Shown here: piece by piece, positions 26,623 to 38,412 of the stretch
Layout: every line of letters begins with the position of its first letter
How positions within the stretch are numbered: the first letter of the stretch is position 1
Source: Torpedo marmorata
Lineage: Eukaryota
Direction: 5' to 3'
Assembly (NCBI GenBank): GCA_977017645.1
Contig: OZ360250.1
Span: 30,690,001-30,754,000, forward strand
Length of the DNA: 64,000 nucleotides
Notes under the pieces: generated by a model
What the model saw: only the letters and a program-made list of their open reading frames with translations
The model's database searches: none
Told to the model about the DNA's origin: nothing
Position numbers and translations under genes: made by a program

Positions 26623-26914
26623 CTCTACACGGACAGGACCAGAGGTTGATTTATCTGTGAGGCAGCTCTGCCAATGTGCTGCCCCGATCTCCTTCTGTCA
26701 AAGCTCTCTTTCAAACGTCAGTGGTCCTGAAGCGAATTGCTCAATTCAAGTTGAGGGTGGGTGTAGGTGAGAGTTTTGTGGATTTGGATGTCTGAGTCCA
26801 TTTTGAATCTTGTTACTTAATGGACAAATCTTGACTGAGAGATTGGTGCAGTGTTTGGAATGTTGTCCTTTGGGTCGATGTTACATCATCAATTGATTGA
26901 GGTGGGTATTCAAA

Positions 26915-27180
26915 GGGCGGCATGATTAGCGTGGCAGTTAGTGCCCTGCTATAACGGCGCAGGCGACCCAGGTTCGAATCTGCCGCTGTCTGTAAGGAGT
27001 TTGTACGTTCTCCCTATGTCTGCGTGAGTTTCTTCCTGGTGCTTTGGTTTCCTCCCACCCTCCAAAAACGTACGGGGTTCGTAGGTTAATTGGGGTATTT
27101 CGATGGCACGGGCTCGTGGGCTGGAAGGGCCTGTTACCGTGCTGTATGTCTAAATTTAAAATTTAAATTTAATTTTAAAA
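26915..27180 (+). mobile_element. tRNA-derived SINE
   Basis: B-box GGTTCGAATC, the shared SINE body and an (AAATTT)n tail. Confidence 0.88.
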
Positions 27181-27442
27181 TAGAAACAAGCTCTTCAGCC
27201 AATCATACCTATGCTGACCATACCTATCAATACTAATCCCTGCATTAATTTCATTTCCCTCTATGCCCTGCTCATCTGGGGACCTGTCCAGGTGCCACGT
27301 AAATGTTCTCACTATTGTACCTCCACCACCACCTCCAGCAGCTCATTCCAGATACCAACCACTCTTTGTGTGAGTGCTTCTCTGATCTCTCCTTATAATT
27401 CAAGGCCTCAAATCTGGGCTTTATGTGAGTTGTGAGAAGGGA

Positions 27443-27990
27443 TTTCAACCTTCCTTTATTGTCATGTAATAGTACAGAACATGTAATATTACACTAAATT
27501 GCCTTCTGCCTGTCGTAAGGCAGACAAAGAGTCACCATTAGTGTCACCCGGCGCCCCTTACAGTATGAGAGAAAGAGATGCAAAAGAGAGTCCCTTCAGT
27601 GTCACCGAGTGTCTGGATTCGTCCCCAGCCCTTCTGCAGCCGCACAGAATCCGGTTCGATTCATCAGCAACCCGAGCTCCAGATCCAAACGTCACGAAGC
27701 CTTCAGCGCCTGAGGCCCTTCGGGAGCCCTTCTTGCCCTCAGCACCCTCTCGAATCCCAGTTCCGAAACCTGGTTCCCATGAGCCAGTCTCCAGCAGCCC
27801 GTGTGGCCTCTCGCTGGTCCATCACCGTTCTGTAGGGTCACCTCCTCTGCTTCTCCTTCTCAACGGGGGGTGTTCTCCCCATTTCTGATGCCCTGCGCTG
27901 GTCCGCTGCTCCCCCAGAGTCTGAAACCCCTCGTGGCCACTGCTAAGCACAGGGGCCGCCATCTAGGCACAAACCCCGTGGTTGCAGGAT
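27443..27990 (-). mobile_element. Non-coding retroposon (family of 35590-36515)
   Basis: Colinear similarity to 35590-36280, including the GCCATCT (YY1-like) motif. Confidence 0.8.
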
Positions 27991-28594
27991 TTCTCCCTCT
28001 GTTCTGACTGAAATCCTCCTCTTCAACATTAGCAATCCTTAATTTTATTTCTTCGATTTCATTGAATCTGCTTACCTTTTAAGACAAGGGTGTTCCATAA
28101 TTTATCCTAATGGTCACGAGACAGCACAATTTAGCACAATGACGTGGAATAAAATATTCATCCTTTTCAACAGGCACGTTAAATCTGAAGTAATTTAAAC
28201 AGTTTTTATCTTCCTCATCCCACCCATCATCACCCCCTATTGTACCACCAGCAATATTAAATCTAACGTCTAATGAGCTGCTTGCTGATAAAGCTTTTGT
28301 CAAAGAACCCTGATTGAATTTGATCAGGAGTTAATCCCGCAAATTTCCAATCGGTGCAATTTCTGTCATGTTCCCACTTTGAAGTGGAAATCTAATTTTG
28401 TGATGAAGTGGATTAAGAAGCCTTAAATCTCAATCTGTGACCTTGACCGTTAAGGTAACTTGGAAGGAGGCTTGGTTTCTTCACTGCTTCCAGTCATTAG
28501 AGTTCATGAAAGAATGACAGCTATCTTGAGTTTTTCCAGCTCAATTTTCACAGTTTTGACCTTGCCTTGAAGTTTGTCTTCTCAGTGTAAATAA

Positions 28595-28792
28595 GATTAG
28601 ATTAGATTAGATTAGATTAGATTAGATACACTTTATTGTCATTGTACCAGTGCAAAACAAGCCAATGAGATACAATTAGCAATCATCTGGAAGTTTAAAA
28701 AAAATGGTGCTATATACATCACAAATAAACGTGCAATTAAAACCAACAACAAACCTATTCAACAAACAAACTATTATAAAAGTACTGATATT
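28595..28792 (-). mobile_element. 3' tail of an old Rex1/Babar LINE whose body continues at 35174
   Basis: (ATTAG)n tail followed by TTTATTGTCAT, as at other Rex1 3' ends. Separated from its body by the L1 TSD. Confidence 0.65.
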
Positions 28793-28849
28793 GGGGGGCG
28801 TGGCGTGATGGCGTAGGTTGGAGACGTGGAAATACACCTCTCCCTACAG

Positions 28850-29255
28850 AATTAGAATCAGAATCAGAATTTATTGTCATGAACAAGTCATGAAATTCAG
28901 TGTTTTGCGGCAGCATCATAGTGCAATTAACATTCATATTAACCATTCTAACGACATTACTATAAAAAATTATAAACAATAATGCACGAAAAGTAAGGTA
29001 GTGTCTTTGGTTCATTGATTATTCAGGAATCTGATGGCAGCGGGGAAGAATCTGTCCTTGTGCCGTTGAGTGCTCGTCTTTAGGCTCCTGTACCTTTTCC
29101 CCGATGGAACCAGAGTGAAGAGGGCATGGCCTGGGTGGTGGGGGTCCTTGAGGATAGAGGCTGCTTTTTTAAGACACCGCCTCATGTAGATGTCCTTGAT
29201 GGAGTGAAGTTTGGTGCCTGTGATGTCACAGGCTGAGTTAACAACCTTCTGGAAT
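28850..29255 (-). mobile_element. Rex1/Babar 3' fragment inserted in the L1 5'UTR
   Basis: Near-identical in reverse complement to 41240-41640. (GAATCA)n tail. Confidence 0.9.
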
Positions 29256-29328
29256 TAATTAAAACCTGTTTAAAAAAACTTTATTTAGTTATTAAAAAAA
29301 GTTAAGATTGTTTATTAACGATTCAAGA

Positions 29329-30739
29329 ATGACTACAAGAAAAGGCAAGGAGCAAAAGTCAAAGAAAGTAGTGCTTCAAGAAAGTTTAATTCAAGAGGAA
29401 GATCGGCCTACCTTACCCATGGAGCCTCGGGTTCAAGTTTCTCTCCCTCCCAGGAAGACGCGGACAAGGACGGTCAAGGTAACTGCAGCACCAGCGCCGT
29501 CCTCCCAGGGAGCTGGGGAAGATGGCGCTGGCGTACGAAGGAAGACTAAAGAACTACAACCCGAGAGTGAACGATCACGCATGCGCGAAACGGTGCGCAT
29601 GCGCGATAAAGAACGGGAGCTGTCAGCTAAGGCTGACGGCAAAAGAAGAGTCCTTCAATCATTTCAGTATAATGTTGGACAGGATTTTTCATCATCAACA
29701 GAGTCAGAGGACAAAAGGAGAGAGAAAGATGAAGAAATGGAGGAAGAAATAGAAGAAATGGAGGGAGAGGATGAAGAATTAAGTGGAGAGAAGGCTCAAT
29801 TACCCCAGGCTAAACAAGAAATATCAGAGATCTTGATTAAAGCTATGGACAATTTAACAAAACAAGTGTCAAAGATGAATCAACGCATGGAATTTAGATT
29901 TAATGGAATTGAGGAAGAAATGAGAGACATGAAACATGATATGAAAAAATATACAAATACTGTGGATAAAGTAATATCGAAAGTCCAGAAAATTGAAAAA
30001 GATGTTAAAGAGCAAGCACTATGAAGAAATGGTGTATTATAAAGACAGAGTTGATAAAGTGGAAGACTCATTTACAGGTTGGGAGCAACAAAGAAATGAA
30101 CTTTTACAAAAAATAGATGTATTGGAAAATCAGAGCCGTAGAAATAATGTTAAAATCGTGGGATTGCCCAAAGATTTTTTCAAAATTGGATTCCAGAAAT
30201 TTTGGGTATTGAACACTTTCCATATGGACTGGAATTAGATAGAGCCCATAGAGATAGCAGAAAGAAACCGTATCCTGGACAAAGGCCACGTTCATTGTTA
30301 ATCAGATGTCTTCGTTACCAGGATAAAGAGAAGATATTGAAATTAGCTGTTCAAAATGCTAGAATGAACCAGAGTCCATTGATAATTAATAAAAATAGGG
30401 TATATTTTATGCTGATTTAAGCGCAGTAATAATTAAAAAACGAAAAGAATTTAACCCAGCGAAGGCAATTTTTTGGAGTAAAGGATATAAATTTTCATTT
30501 AGATATACTGCGACAGTCTGGAGAGAATCAGTCATTCTTTTTTACTGATTATCAAGAAGCTTTGGAGCATGCAAATTGCAAATTCACTTCCGAAATTAAA
30601 GAAAGATCAAGAGTTGTTGGGGCAACTTCAAGTTACTGAACGGACTCGGGACTTGCTTTCACCAAGAGCTTCAGGACAAGAAGATGGGGTCGAAATAGAT
30701 GAGGATCAAGCTAACAGAGATCTCGAAGAAGCTGGATGA
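29329..30739 (+). pseudogene. L1 ORF1p (basic/acidic N-terminus, coiled coil, RRM), broken by a stop and frameshifts
   Basis: Heptad-rich region, then LENQSRRNNVKIVGLP, LELDRAHR and PRSLLIRCLRYQDKEKIL. Confidence 0.85.
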
Positions 30740-31025
30740 AGAAATGATAACAAATATTGTGTAAAATCTGTTGGGGGGGTGCACTTTTTGTCTTCTCCTC
30801 ACCTAGTCACACGTCACCTTAGTGGCGAGGGCCATTTCCCGTACAATGGAGGGTGGTAGTACTGGTGTAAATATACCAGTATTTTACATAGTGGGGTTTT
30901 TTTAGTTTTTTATATTCTTTTTATTTCTTCTTTTCTTTTTCTTTCTAAGGAGATGTCAAATAGATTACAAATGTGGAAGGGGGAACCGGTAGGTCTGATG
31001 GGGAGAGAGTTATTAAATATTAGAA

Positions 31026-34000
31026 ATGGCGGATAGTAAATTAATAAATGTAGTAAGTATTAATATAAATGGGCTAAATAATCCGATTAAAAGGAAGAAA
31101 ACTCTAGCATATATTAAAAAGTTAAAAGTTGACATAGCTTTTTTACAAGAGACACATTTGACAGAAATAGAACATCAGAAGTTGAAAAGAGAATGGGTTG
31201 GTCAAGTGGTAGCGTCTTCATTTAATTCTAAAGCAAAAGGAGTTGCTATATTAATTAATAAAAAGTTACCTTTTAAAATACAATCGGTGGTTATAGATGT
31301 GGCAGGAAGATATGTTTTAATAAATTGTCAGATATATTCAGAAATGTGGACAGACACTTATGAACATATATGTGCAAAATACGGAAGATGAACAATTTAT
31401 CCAAGACTCGTTTATGCACTTGTCAGAAGCAAATGATAATATTTTAATTGATGGGGATTTCAATTGTTGTTTAGATCCAATAATGGATAAAACATCAAAA
31501 TCAACTATCAGAACTAAAACTGCTAAAAGAATTCTTACTTTGATGAAAGATTTGAATTTAATAGATATTTGGAGGAAGTTGAATCCAAAAGATTATTCCT
31601 TTTATTCTTTTAGACATGATTCTTATTCTAGAATAGAAATGTTTGTATTGTCATCACAATTAGAAGATAGGGTGACTCAAGCGCAATATAAAGCAAGAAT
31701 AATTTCTGATCATTCGCCTCTATTAATGTCATGTATAATTCCAGAAAAAGAAAAAATTATATATAGATGGAGATTTAATTCTTCTTTATTGAAAAGAACA
31801 GATTTTTGTAATTATATAGGAATAGAAATTCAAGAAATTTTACAGATTAATTCTAATTCGATTGACAATAAATTTATTAATTGGGAAGCTCTGAAGGCTT
31901 ATTTAAGAGGTCAAATAATAAGTTATTCAGCAAAAGTTAAGAAGGAATATATTCAGGAATTGAATAATTTGGAGAAGGAGATTGAGTTTTTGGAGAAGGA
32001 TTTGCAAAAAAAGAGATCAGAAGAAAACAGAAAAAATTTAATTGAAAAAAATTATTATAATACGTTACAAACATATAAAATGGAAAAATTAATTGAAAGA
32101 ACTAAGCAAAGATATTACGATTTGGGAGAAAGAGCTCATAAAGTGTTAGCGTGGCAATTAAAGAAAGAACAAACTTCTTGAACTATAAGTGCTATAAAAA
32201 GAGAATCCAAAGAAAATAACATATAAACCTTGAGAAATAAATGATTCTTTTAAGGAATTTTATCTAAATTTATATAAATCTCAAATTGATAAAGATGATT
32301 CTAAAATTAATTAATTTTTATCTAAAATTAAGTTACCTAGATTAAATATTCAAAGTAAAGAACTTTTAGATACATCGTTTACAATGAGAGAAGTTAATGA
32401 TGTTCTTAGCTCTTTAACAAGTGGAAAATCTCCGGGGGAGGATGGTTTCCCACCAGAATTTTATAAGGAATTTAAGGATTTATTGATGCCTCCATATATG
32501 GAGGTGTTAAAACAAATAACGGAAACTCATTCTCTACCGGAAACATTTTCAAATGCAATAATAACAGTTATACCTAAAAAAGATAGAGATTTGTTGAAAA
32601 CAGAATCATATAGACCAATTTCATTGTTAAATGTGGATTATAAGATAATGGCAAAAATTTTAACAAATAGAGTGGCTAAATATTTACCAGATTTAATCCA
32701 TGTAGATCAAGCAGGTTTTATTAAGAATAGATATTCAAAAGATAATATTGCCAGATTAATTCGTTTAATAAATGTGGCACAAAAGAGAGAGGAATTAGCA
32801 CTAGTATTAACATTAGATGCCGAAAAGGCTTTTGATAGATTAGAGTGGAATTATTTATTTAAAGTGTTTGAAAAATTTGGTTTTGGAACTACATTTATTA
32901 ATTGGATTAAAACTATTTCTTCAAAATTTTTATTGACTAGGTCAACTCGACAAGGATGCCCTTTGTCGCCAGCATTGTTTATTTTAGCAATTAGAACCTT
33001 TAGCAGAATTAATTAGACAAGATATTAAGATTGTAGGTATTAAAGTTGGAAAAGAAGAGCATAAAATTAGTTTATTTGCAGATGATGTATTGATTTACAT
33101 GACAAAACCTATTACTTCTTTAACACAATTGACTGTTTTACTGAGAGAATATGGGGAAATATCTGGTTATAAGATTAATTCTGATAAAAGTGAAATTATA
33201 GCATTGACAAGGAGATTATAAAAAATGTAAAGAAATTACACGATTTAAATGGTCAAATGATCAAATTAAATATTTGGGAATAAAAATATATACAAAATTA
33301 GGAAATTTATATAAATCAAATTACTTACCATTATTTACTAATATTAAAAAAGATTTAGAGTTGGAAAGATTTACCTATAACTTTAATAGGAAGGGTAAAT
33401 TGTATTAAAATGAATGTTTTTCCAAGAATTCAATCTATTTTTCAATCAATTCCTTATGAAATTCCTCAAATATTCTTCAAAGATTTAAATTTAATTATTA
33501 GGAAATTCTTGTGGAAAGGAAAGTTGGCTAGAGTAGGTATGGAGAAATTAATTTGGGATTACGAAATGGGAGGTTTACAACTTCCCAATTTTCAAAATTA
33601 TTATAAGGCAGCTCAATTAAAATTTATTAAAGAAATGTTTGATTTAGAAAAATCTTCTGCTGGGATTAGAATAGAATTAAATAATATAGGAGAGGATTTG
33701 AAAGAAGAAGTTATTTATAAGTGGAATTCTAATTTATTACTAAGGAAAGGTAATTCTCCTATTTTAAAACATTTGTTAGAAATATGGAATAAAATGGATA
33801 GGGAGATAGGAGGGAAAGGGTTAATTTCTCGAAAAATGTCTTTATATCAAAATAAACTTATTCCATTTACTATTGATAATCAATTATTTAAAATTTGGTT
33901 TCATAAAGGAATTTTAAAAATAAATGATTGTTTTGAAGCTAGTAAATTTATTACTTTTCAAAGAATGAAAGAGAAGTTTAAAGTATTAAATAATACACTT

Positions 34001-34760
34001 TTTGCTTATTATCAAATTAGAGCATTTTTAGTTGAAAGGTTGGGTTATAGTTTAATTTTACCAAGACAAAGTGAATTGGAATTATTAGTTACTAATTGGG
34101 GTGTAAATAAATTTATTTCTCAAATGTATAGATTGTTACAGAGCAAAATACCAAAATTAGGAATTCATAAATCAAGATTAAAATGGAAATCAGATCTGAA
34201 TATAACAATAGATGAGGAACATTGGAAAGAAATATGTAAACAAAGTATGACGAAGATTATTAACTTTAGATATAGGTTAGTGCAATATATCTTTTTGCAT
34301 CAATTATATTTAACACCTAAGAAATTAAAGAAATTTAATCCGACATTATCAGGTTTATGTTTTAGATGTAATAGAGAGGAAGATTCTTTTGTACACTCAA
34401 CATGGCTTTGCCCAAAGATATATGATTTCTGGTTGGAAGTTAAAAAGTTTTTAGACAAAGTATTAAGAATTACACTCTCAATGGATCATATGATATTTTG
34501 TTTGGAGATATTAAAAGAATTAGTACTAAAATGAGATTAAATATGTATCAAATAGAATTTTTGCGAATTGCTTTAGCTGTTTCAAAGAAATGCATTGCTA
34601 TTACTTGGAAGTCTGATGTAGATTTAGGGTTAGAGAGATGGCATGCAGAACTTCGTTCATGTATACCACTTGAAAAAATTACTTATAATTTACGTAAGAA
34701 ATATCATTTCTTTTTGAAAATATGGAGCCCATATATAAAAACTGGGTTTAAGGATTTGAA
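31026..34760 (+). pseudogene. L1 ORF2p (APE endonuclease, RT, CCHC), disrupted
   Basis: Motifs NINGLNNPIKR, FLQETHL, GDFN, SDHSP, KSPGEDG, YRPISLLNVDYKI, LDAEKAFD, RQGCPLSP, LFADD (~33072), CFRC...HSTWLC. Confidence 0.93.
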
Positions 34761-34836
34761 GATCTCTGGATATCAGATCTGACTGGCGAACCTGTGTTCC
34801 ACAATAAAATTAGCTTATACGTGTTCTTTTTAGATT

Positions 34837-35018
34837 NNNNNNNNNNNNNNNNNNNNNNNNNNNNNNNNNNNNNNNNNNNNNNNNNNNNNNNNNNNNNNNN
34901 NNNNNNNNNNNNNNNNNNNNNNNNNNNNNNNNNNNNNNNNNNNNNNNNNNNNNNNNNNNNNNNNNNNNNNNNNNNNNNNNNNNNNNNNNNNNNNNNNNNN
35001 NNNNNNNNNNNNNNNNNN
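34837..35018. other. Assembly gap (N run)
   Basis: Run of n. Confidence 1.
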
Positions 35019-35173
35019 GGTGGGAGTGTTAGGGAGGGAAGGGAGGGAGGGGGGGGTGAAAATATATCACATGTATTTTGATAATTTTGCATTTTATAGT
35101 ATGTATTATCGAGTGATTTAAAATTTTAAATAAAATACCGGTATTTAAATTTTTTTTAAAAAGTACTGATATT

Positions 35174-37130
35174 ACAATGTGAGTGCAGTACCACTCAACG
35201 CTGTGATTCAATGTTCATCAGGCTCACAGCCTCATGAAAAAAGCTCTTCTTGAGTCTGCTGATACGCGAGCGAAGGCTCCTGTAGCGCCTGCCAGATGGG
35301 AGAAGAGTAAAAAGTCCATGATTTGGGTGAGATGCATCCTTGATGATGTTCCTCGCCCCGCCCAGTCACCGTTCCCTACAGATGTTCTCGATGGTGGGCA
35401 ATTGGATGCCAATAATCCGCTGGGCAGTTTTCACCACCCGCTGGAGTGCTTTGTGGTCTTGTGCAAGACAATTACCATACCACGCCGAGATGCCATATGT
35501 TAGTACGCTCTCAATGGTACATCTATAGAAATCCAGTAATATCCTGGGACAGAGGTGTACCTTCCTCATGCTCCGCAGAAAATAAAGATTCAAGATTCAA
35601 TTTATTGTCATAGTAATAAGACAATGTCATATTCCATGAAATTTCTTTTTGCCTGCTGCAAGGCAGACAGATTCGCCACCAGCAGAAATTGCCTAAGCGC
35701 CTCTAACATTCCTTACAGTCAGAGAAAGAGAAGCAAAAGAGAGTCCCCCCAGAGTCACCGAGTGTCCATAGATTCGCCTCCAGCGCTTCCGCAGCCTCCG
35801 CAGCCACACAGAGTTCAGTCCAAACGATCGGCATCCCGAGCTCCAGATCTGAACCTCCAACACGGTCAGGTTGCCCTCGGCACCCCCTCGCATCCCGGTT
35901 CCGATACCTGGTACTCCTCCAGCCAGTTCGAGCCAGACTCCAGCAGTCCGCAGCCCGGCGTGAGTCCCCCGACAGCAGTCTCCAGCAGCCCACAGCCTCT
36001 GCGGGTTTCCTCGCCTCGAGTCGCCAGCAGCCCGCCTCATGCACTGGTCCTTCAGCCTCAGAGCCCCTCACTGGTCCGCTGCCATTGTCACCGTCCCGTG
36101 GGTCGTCTCCTCCGCTTCTCCTTCTCAGACAGGTGGGGGGTGATCTTCCCGTCCTCTGGTGCCCTGCTCCAGTCCTCCGCTTCCCTGGAATCTGCAGCCC
36201 CTCGTGGCTGCTGCCAGTTAAAAGGCGCTGCCATCTTGGGCGCAGACTCCGTGGTCGCTGGATCTGAAATAAAACCCATGCGGAACCGACGGCAGTCGAC
36301 TGGGCGGCTGGACCCTGCGGGAGCGCTGTATCTCCGCTCCCACGCTCCCCGTGGGTCCGCACCAGCGGCAGCGCTGCTGCTACAGCGGCTCCGGCAGCGC
36401 CGCCATTACTTACTATGATGGAAATCCTGAGGCTATTATTATGAGCTTTCTTAACTCTGCAGGCTGTGGGAAACAAACGATCGCCGCAATTAGAGCCGTG
36501 AAGCCAGGGGAGGGAGACGCTGTTGTGCCTTTTTAATCAGAATTTAAGAATCCAGGGACCAGGTGAGATCTTTGGAAATATGGACGCCAAGAAATTTAAA
36601 GCTCGATAAACATTCCACCACAACTCCATTGATGTAAATAGGGATGTGAGTGTGTCTTCCAGCACGCCTGAAGTCCACAATGATCTCCTTGGTCTTCTGA
36701 GTATTGAGTATCAAATTGTTGTCAGCACACCACAAGGCCAGGTGCTGAACCTCATCCCTATAGGTCGTTTTATCATCCCCTCTGATCAGACCAACCATCA
36801 TGGTGTCATCTGCGAACTTGATTATAGAATTTGTACTATGTACAGGAACGCAGTCGGAGGTAAAAAGGGAATACAGAAGCAGGCTCAACACACAACCCTG
36901 GGGAAAGAATGGAAGAGAAAAGATTGCCTAACTTAACAGATTGGGGTCTGTTAGTTAGAAAGTCCAAAATCCAATTACAAGGGATGAGCTGGTACCAAGC
37001 AGACGAAGTTTGGTGAACAGCTTGGAGGGAATCACAGTGTTGAAAGCTGAGCAAAAGTCAATGAACAGCATTCTGACACAGGAGTTAGAGCTGTCCAAGT
37101 GAGTCAAAGCAGAGTGAAGTGCTGTTGAAA
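35174..37130 (-). mobile_element. Rex1/Babar LINE RT and C-terminal region, split by the insertion at 35590-36515
   Basis: KFADD...FKFLGVHISKDLTWS...KKAQQR | LYFLRS...RCTIESVLTY is colinear across the insertion. Confidence 0.88.
35590..36515 (-). mobile_element. GC-rich non-coding retroposon with a Rex1-type 3' tail (longest copy)
   Basis: Inserted between the QQR and LYFL codons of the host Rex1, with an apparent AGA duplication. Minus-strand 3' end ATGACAATAAATTGAATCTTGAATC. Four copies in the window. Confidence 0.8.
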
Positions 37131-37456
37131 TAAGAATTCAGATAAATGTTGAAATAGTATGCACTGGTTCTGATATTATACAGTTGTTTTGCACATAATA
37201 ATCATATCCCCTTGGCTAATATTTTCTCTCTAATTAACATCTTACGATAACACTTTCTCTTGAAGAACAGAAAAAGAAATTTGATTTGAAGATATTAAAC
37301 AATTTTTTTAACCCTGGCTCTCTCCCCCACTCTCATTTGTTCTTCATTCATACATTCAGTTTTTCCTTAGTGATGGTCATGGCTATTAGTCCAAGCTCAT
37401 TATCATGTGACTGTACATATACAGCCAGATGAATCTGTTTCTCTGTCCACTGTGCG

Positions 37457-37461
<5 letters not shown>

Positions 37462-37513
<52 letters not shown>
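37462..37513. repeat. (CT)n microsatellite
   Basis: Directly visible. Confidence 0.98.
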
Positions 37514-37517
<4 letters not shown>

Positions 37518-37747
37518 TCTCTCCCACCACCACCTTGATTGTAGTGGGTCAAAGATACTCTGTGATGGATGGAAAGGGTCCTCAATAATTCTTTGAGCCC
37601 TATTTAAGCAATTCTCCAAGTAAATGTCACTAGAGGAAAGAGAGACCCCAGAGACAGTGTCGGATTAACCTAGTAGCGAAAGTAGCATATGCTACGGGCC
37701 ACACATTTTCAAGGGCCCCACGCTAAATGCTTGCAAGCTATCAATTC

Positions 37748-37876
37748 AAGTACGAGGACATGCTGCACTTCGCCGTAGCCCAGTCCGAGGCGGCCCGCCA
37801 GATGGGCGACCCGGATCGTGTCACCGAGGCCTACCTCAGCTTGGCGCGGGGCCACGAGAAGCTGTGCGAGTTCTCT
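37748..37876 (+). pseudogene. RAPSN: Captured fragment of rapsyn (43 kDa receptor-associated protein of the synapse), about residues 58-100, TPR region
   Basis: Translates as KYEDMLHFAVAQSEAARQMGDPDRVTEAYLSLARGHEKLCEFS. Torpedo rapsyn as recalled reads KYEDMLRFAVAQSEAARQMGDPERVTEAYLNLARGHEKLCEFS. Human as recalled reads [43 protein letters not shown]. Confidence 0.9.
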
Positions 37877-38412
37877 GTGAAGCCCCTGTGCGCAGTGACT
37901 GCCCGCTGCTGCTCCTCTGATTGACAGCTCACTCCGCCCCTCCCGGGCTGCTGCCGCCCCGTTACAGTGCCCGCGAGCGTCACTGAGCGCCGTTCCCGCA
38001 GCAACAGGCCGGTCCACGGAGGACCCTGCGGCCTGGGCCCAGGGTGAAGGTGAGACTTGCCCCGGGCGGAGCGGTAGCAGCCGGAGGGTGAGTCCCGGGT
38101 GCTCGTTGCCCGGGGCGCGGGCCCGGTCCTCGTTGGAGCCACGCTGCCCGGAGGTGCTGCCGGGGTGTGAGTGCGGCCTTGGGGAGGAGGGCAAGCGGCA
38201 CCAAGGTCCGGGCGAGGTCCGGCCTGGGCCTCGTCCCCCCACAGTCGGGCCGGTGAGAGAAGAGGCGGGGAGGGGGTTGAGTGCAGGGACCGCGCCTCCT
38301 GTCACACAGGGCCGATCAGGGAGAAGTGTCCGTGACAATGCCGTGGGCAGCGAGTGTGTCCGGCTGCATCCCCTCTTCCCCCGGCCGCATGGATGGGGGG
38401 CCGGGGGATGGG

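Larger units (their letters stand above)
28793..35158 (+). mobile_element. Full-length, inactivated L1-clade LINE (5'UTR, ORF1, ORF2, 3'UTR)
   Basis: 15-bp TSD AAAAGTACTGATATT at 28778-28792 and 35159-35173. G-rich 5' start. ORF1 and ORF2 motifs present. The 3'UTR contains an N gap. Confidence 0.93.

Noticed and set aside
26915-26990. tRNA genes at SINE heads
   Set aside because: A/B boxes are present but run into a shared SINE body and AT-rich tail, with no complete cloverleaf.
28076-28184. Possible minus-strand exon (strong AG|GTAAGC donor at 28075, CAG acceptor at 28185)
   Set aside because: All three frames contain stops and there is no recognisable protein. A non-coding exon cannot be excluded without RNA data.
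35555-36476. 287-aa and 257-aa ORFs on opposite strands
   Set aside because: They are low-complexity translations of a GC-rich repeat, and the frames are not conserved in the three other copies.
37748-37876. Genuine exon of the native RAPSN gene
   Set aside because: There is no splice acceptor or donor at the fragment edges and no other RAPSN exon in the window. It sits inside a TIR/TSD-bounded element that interrupts a LINE.
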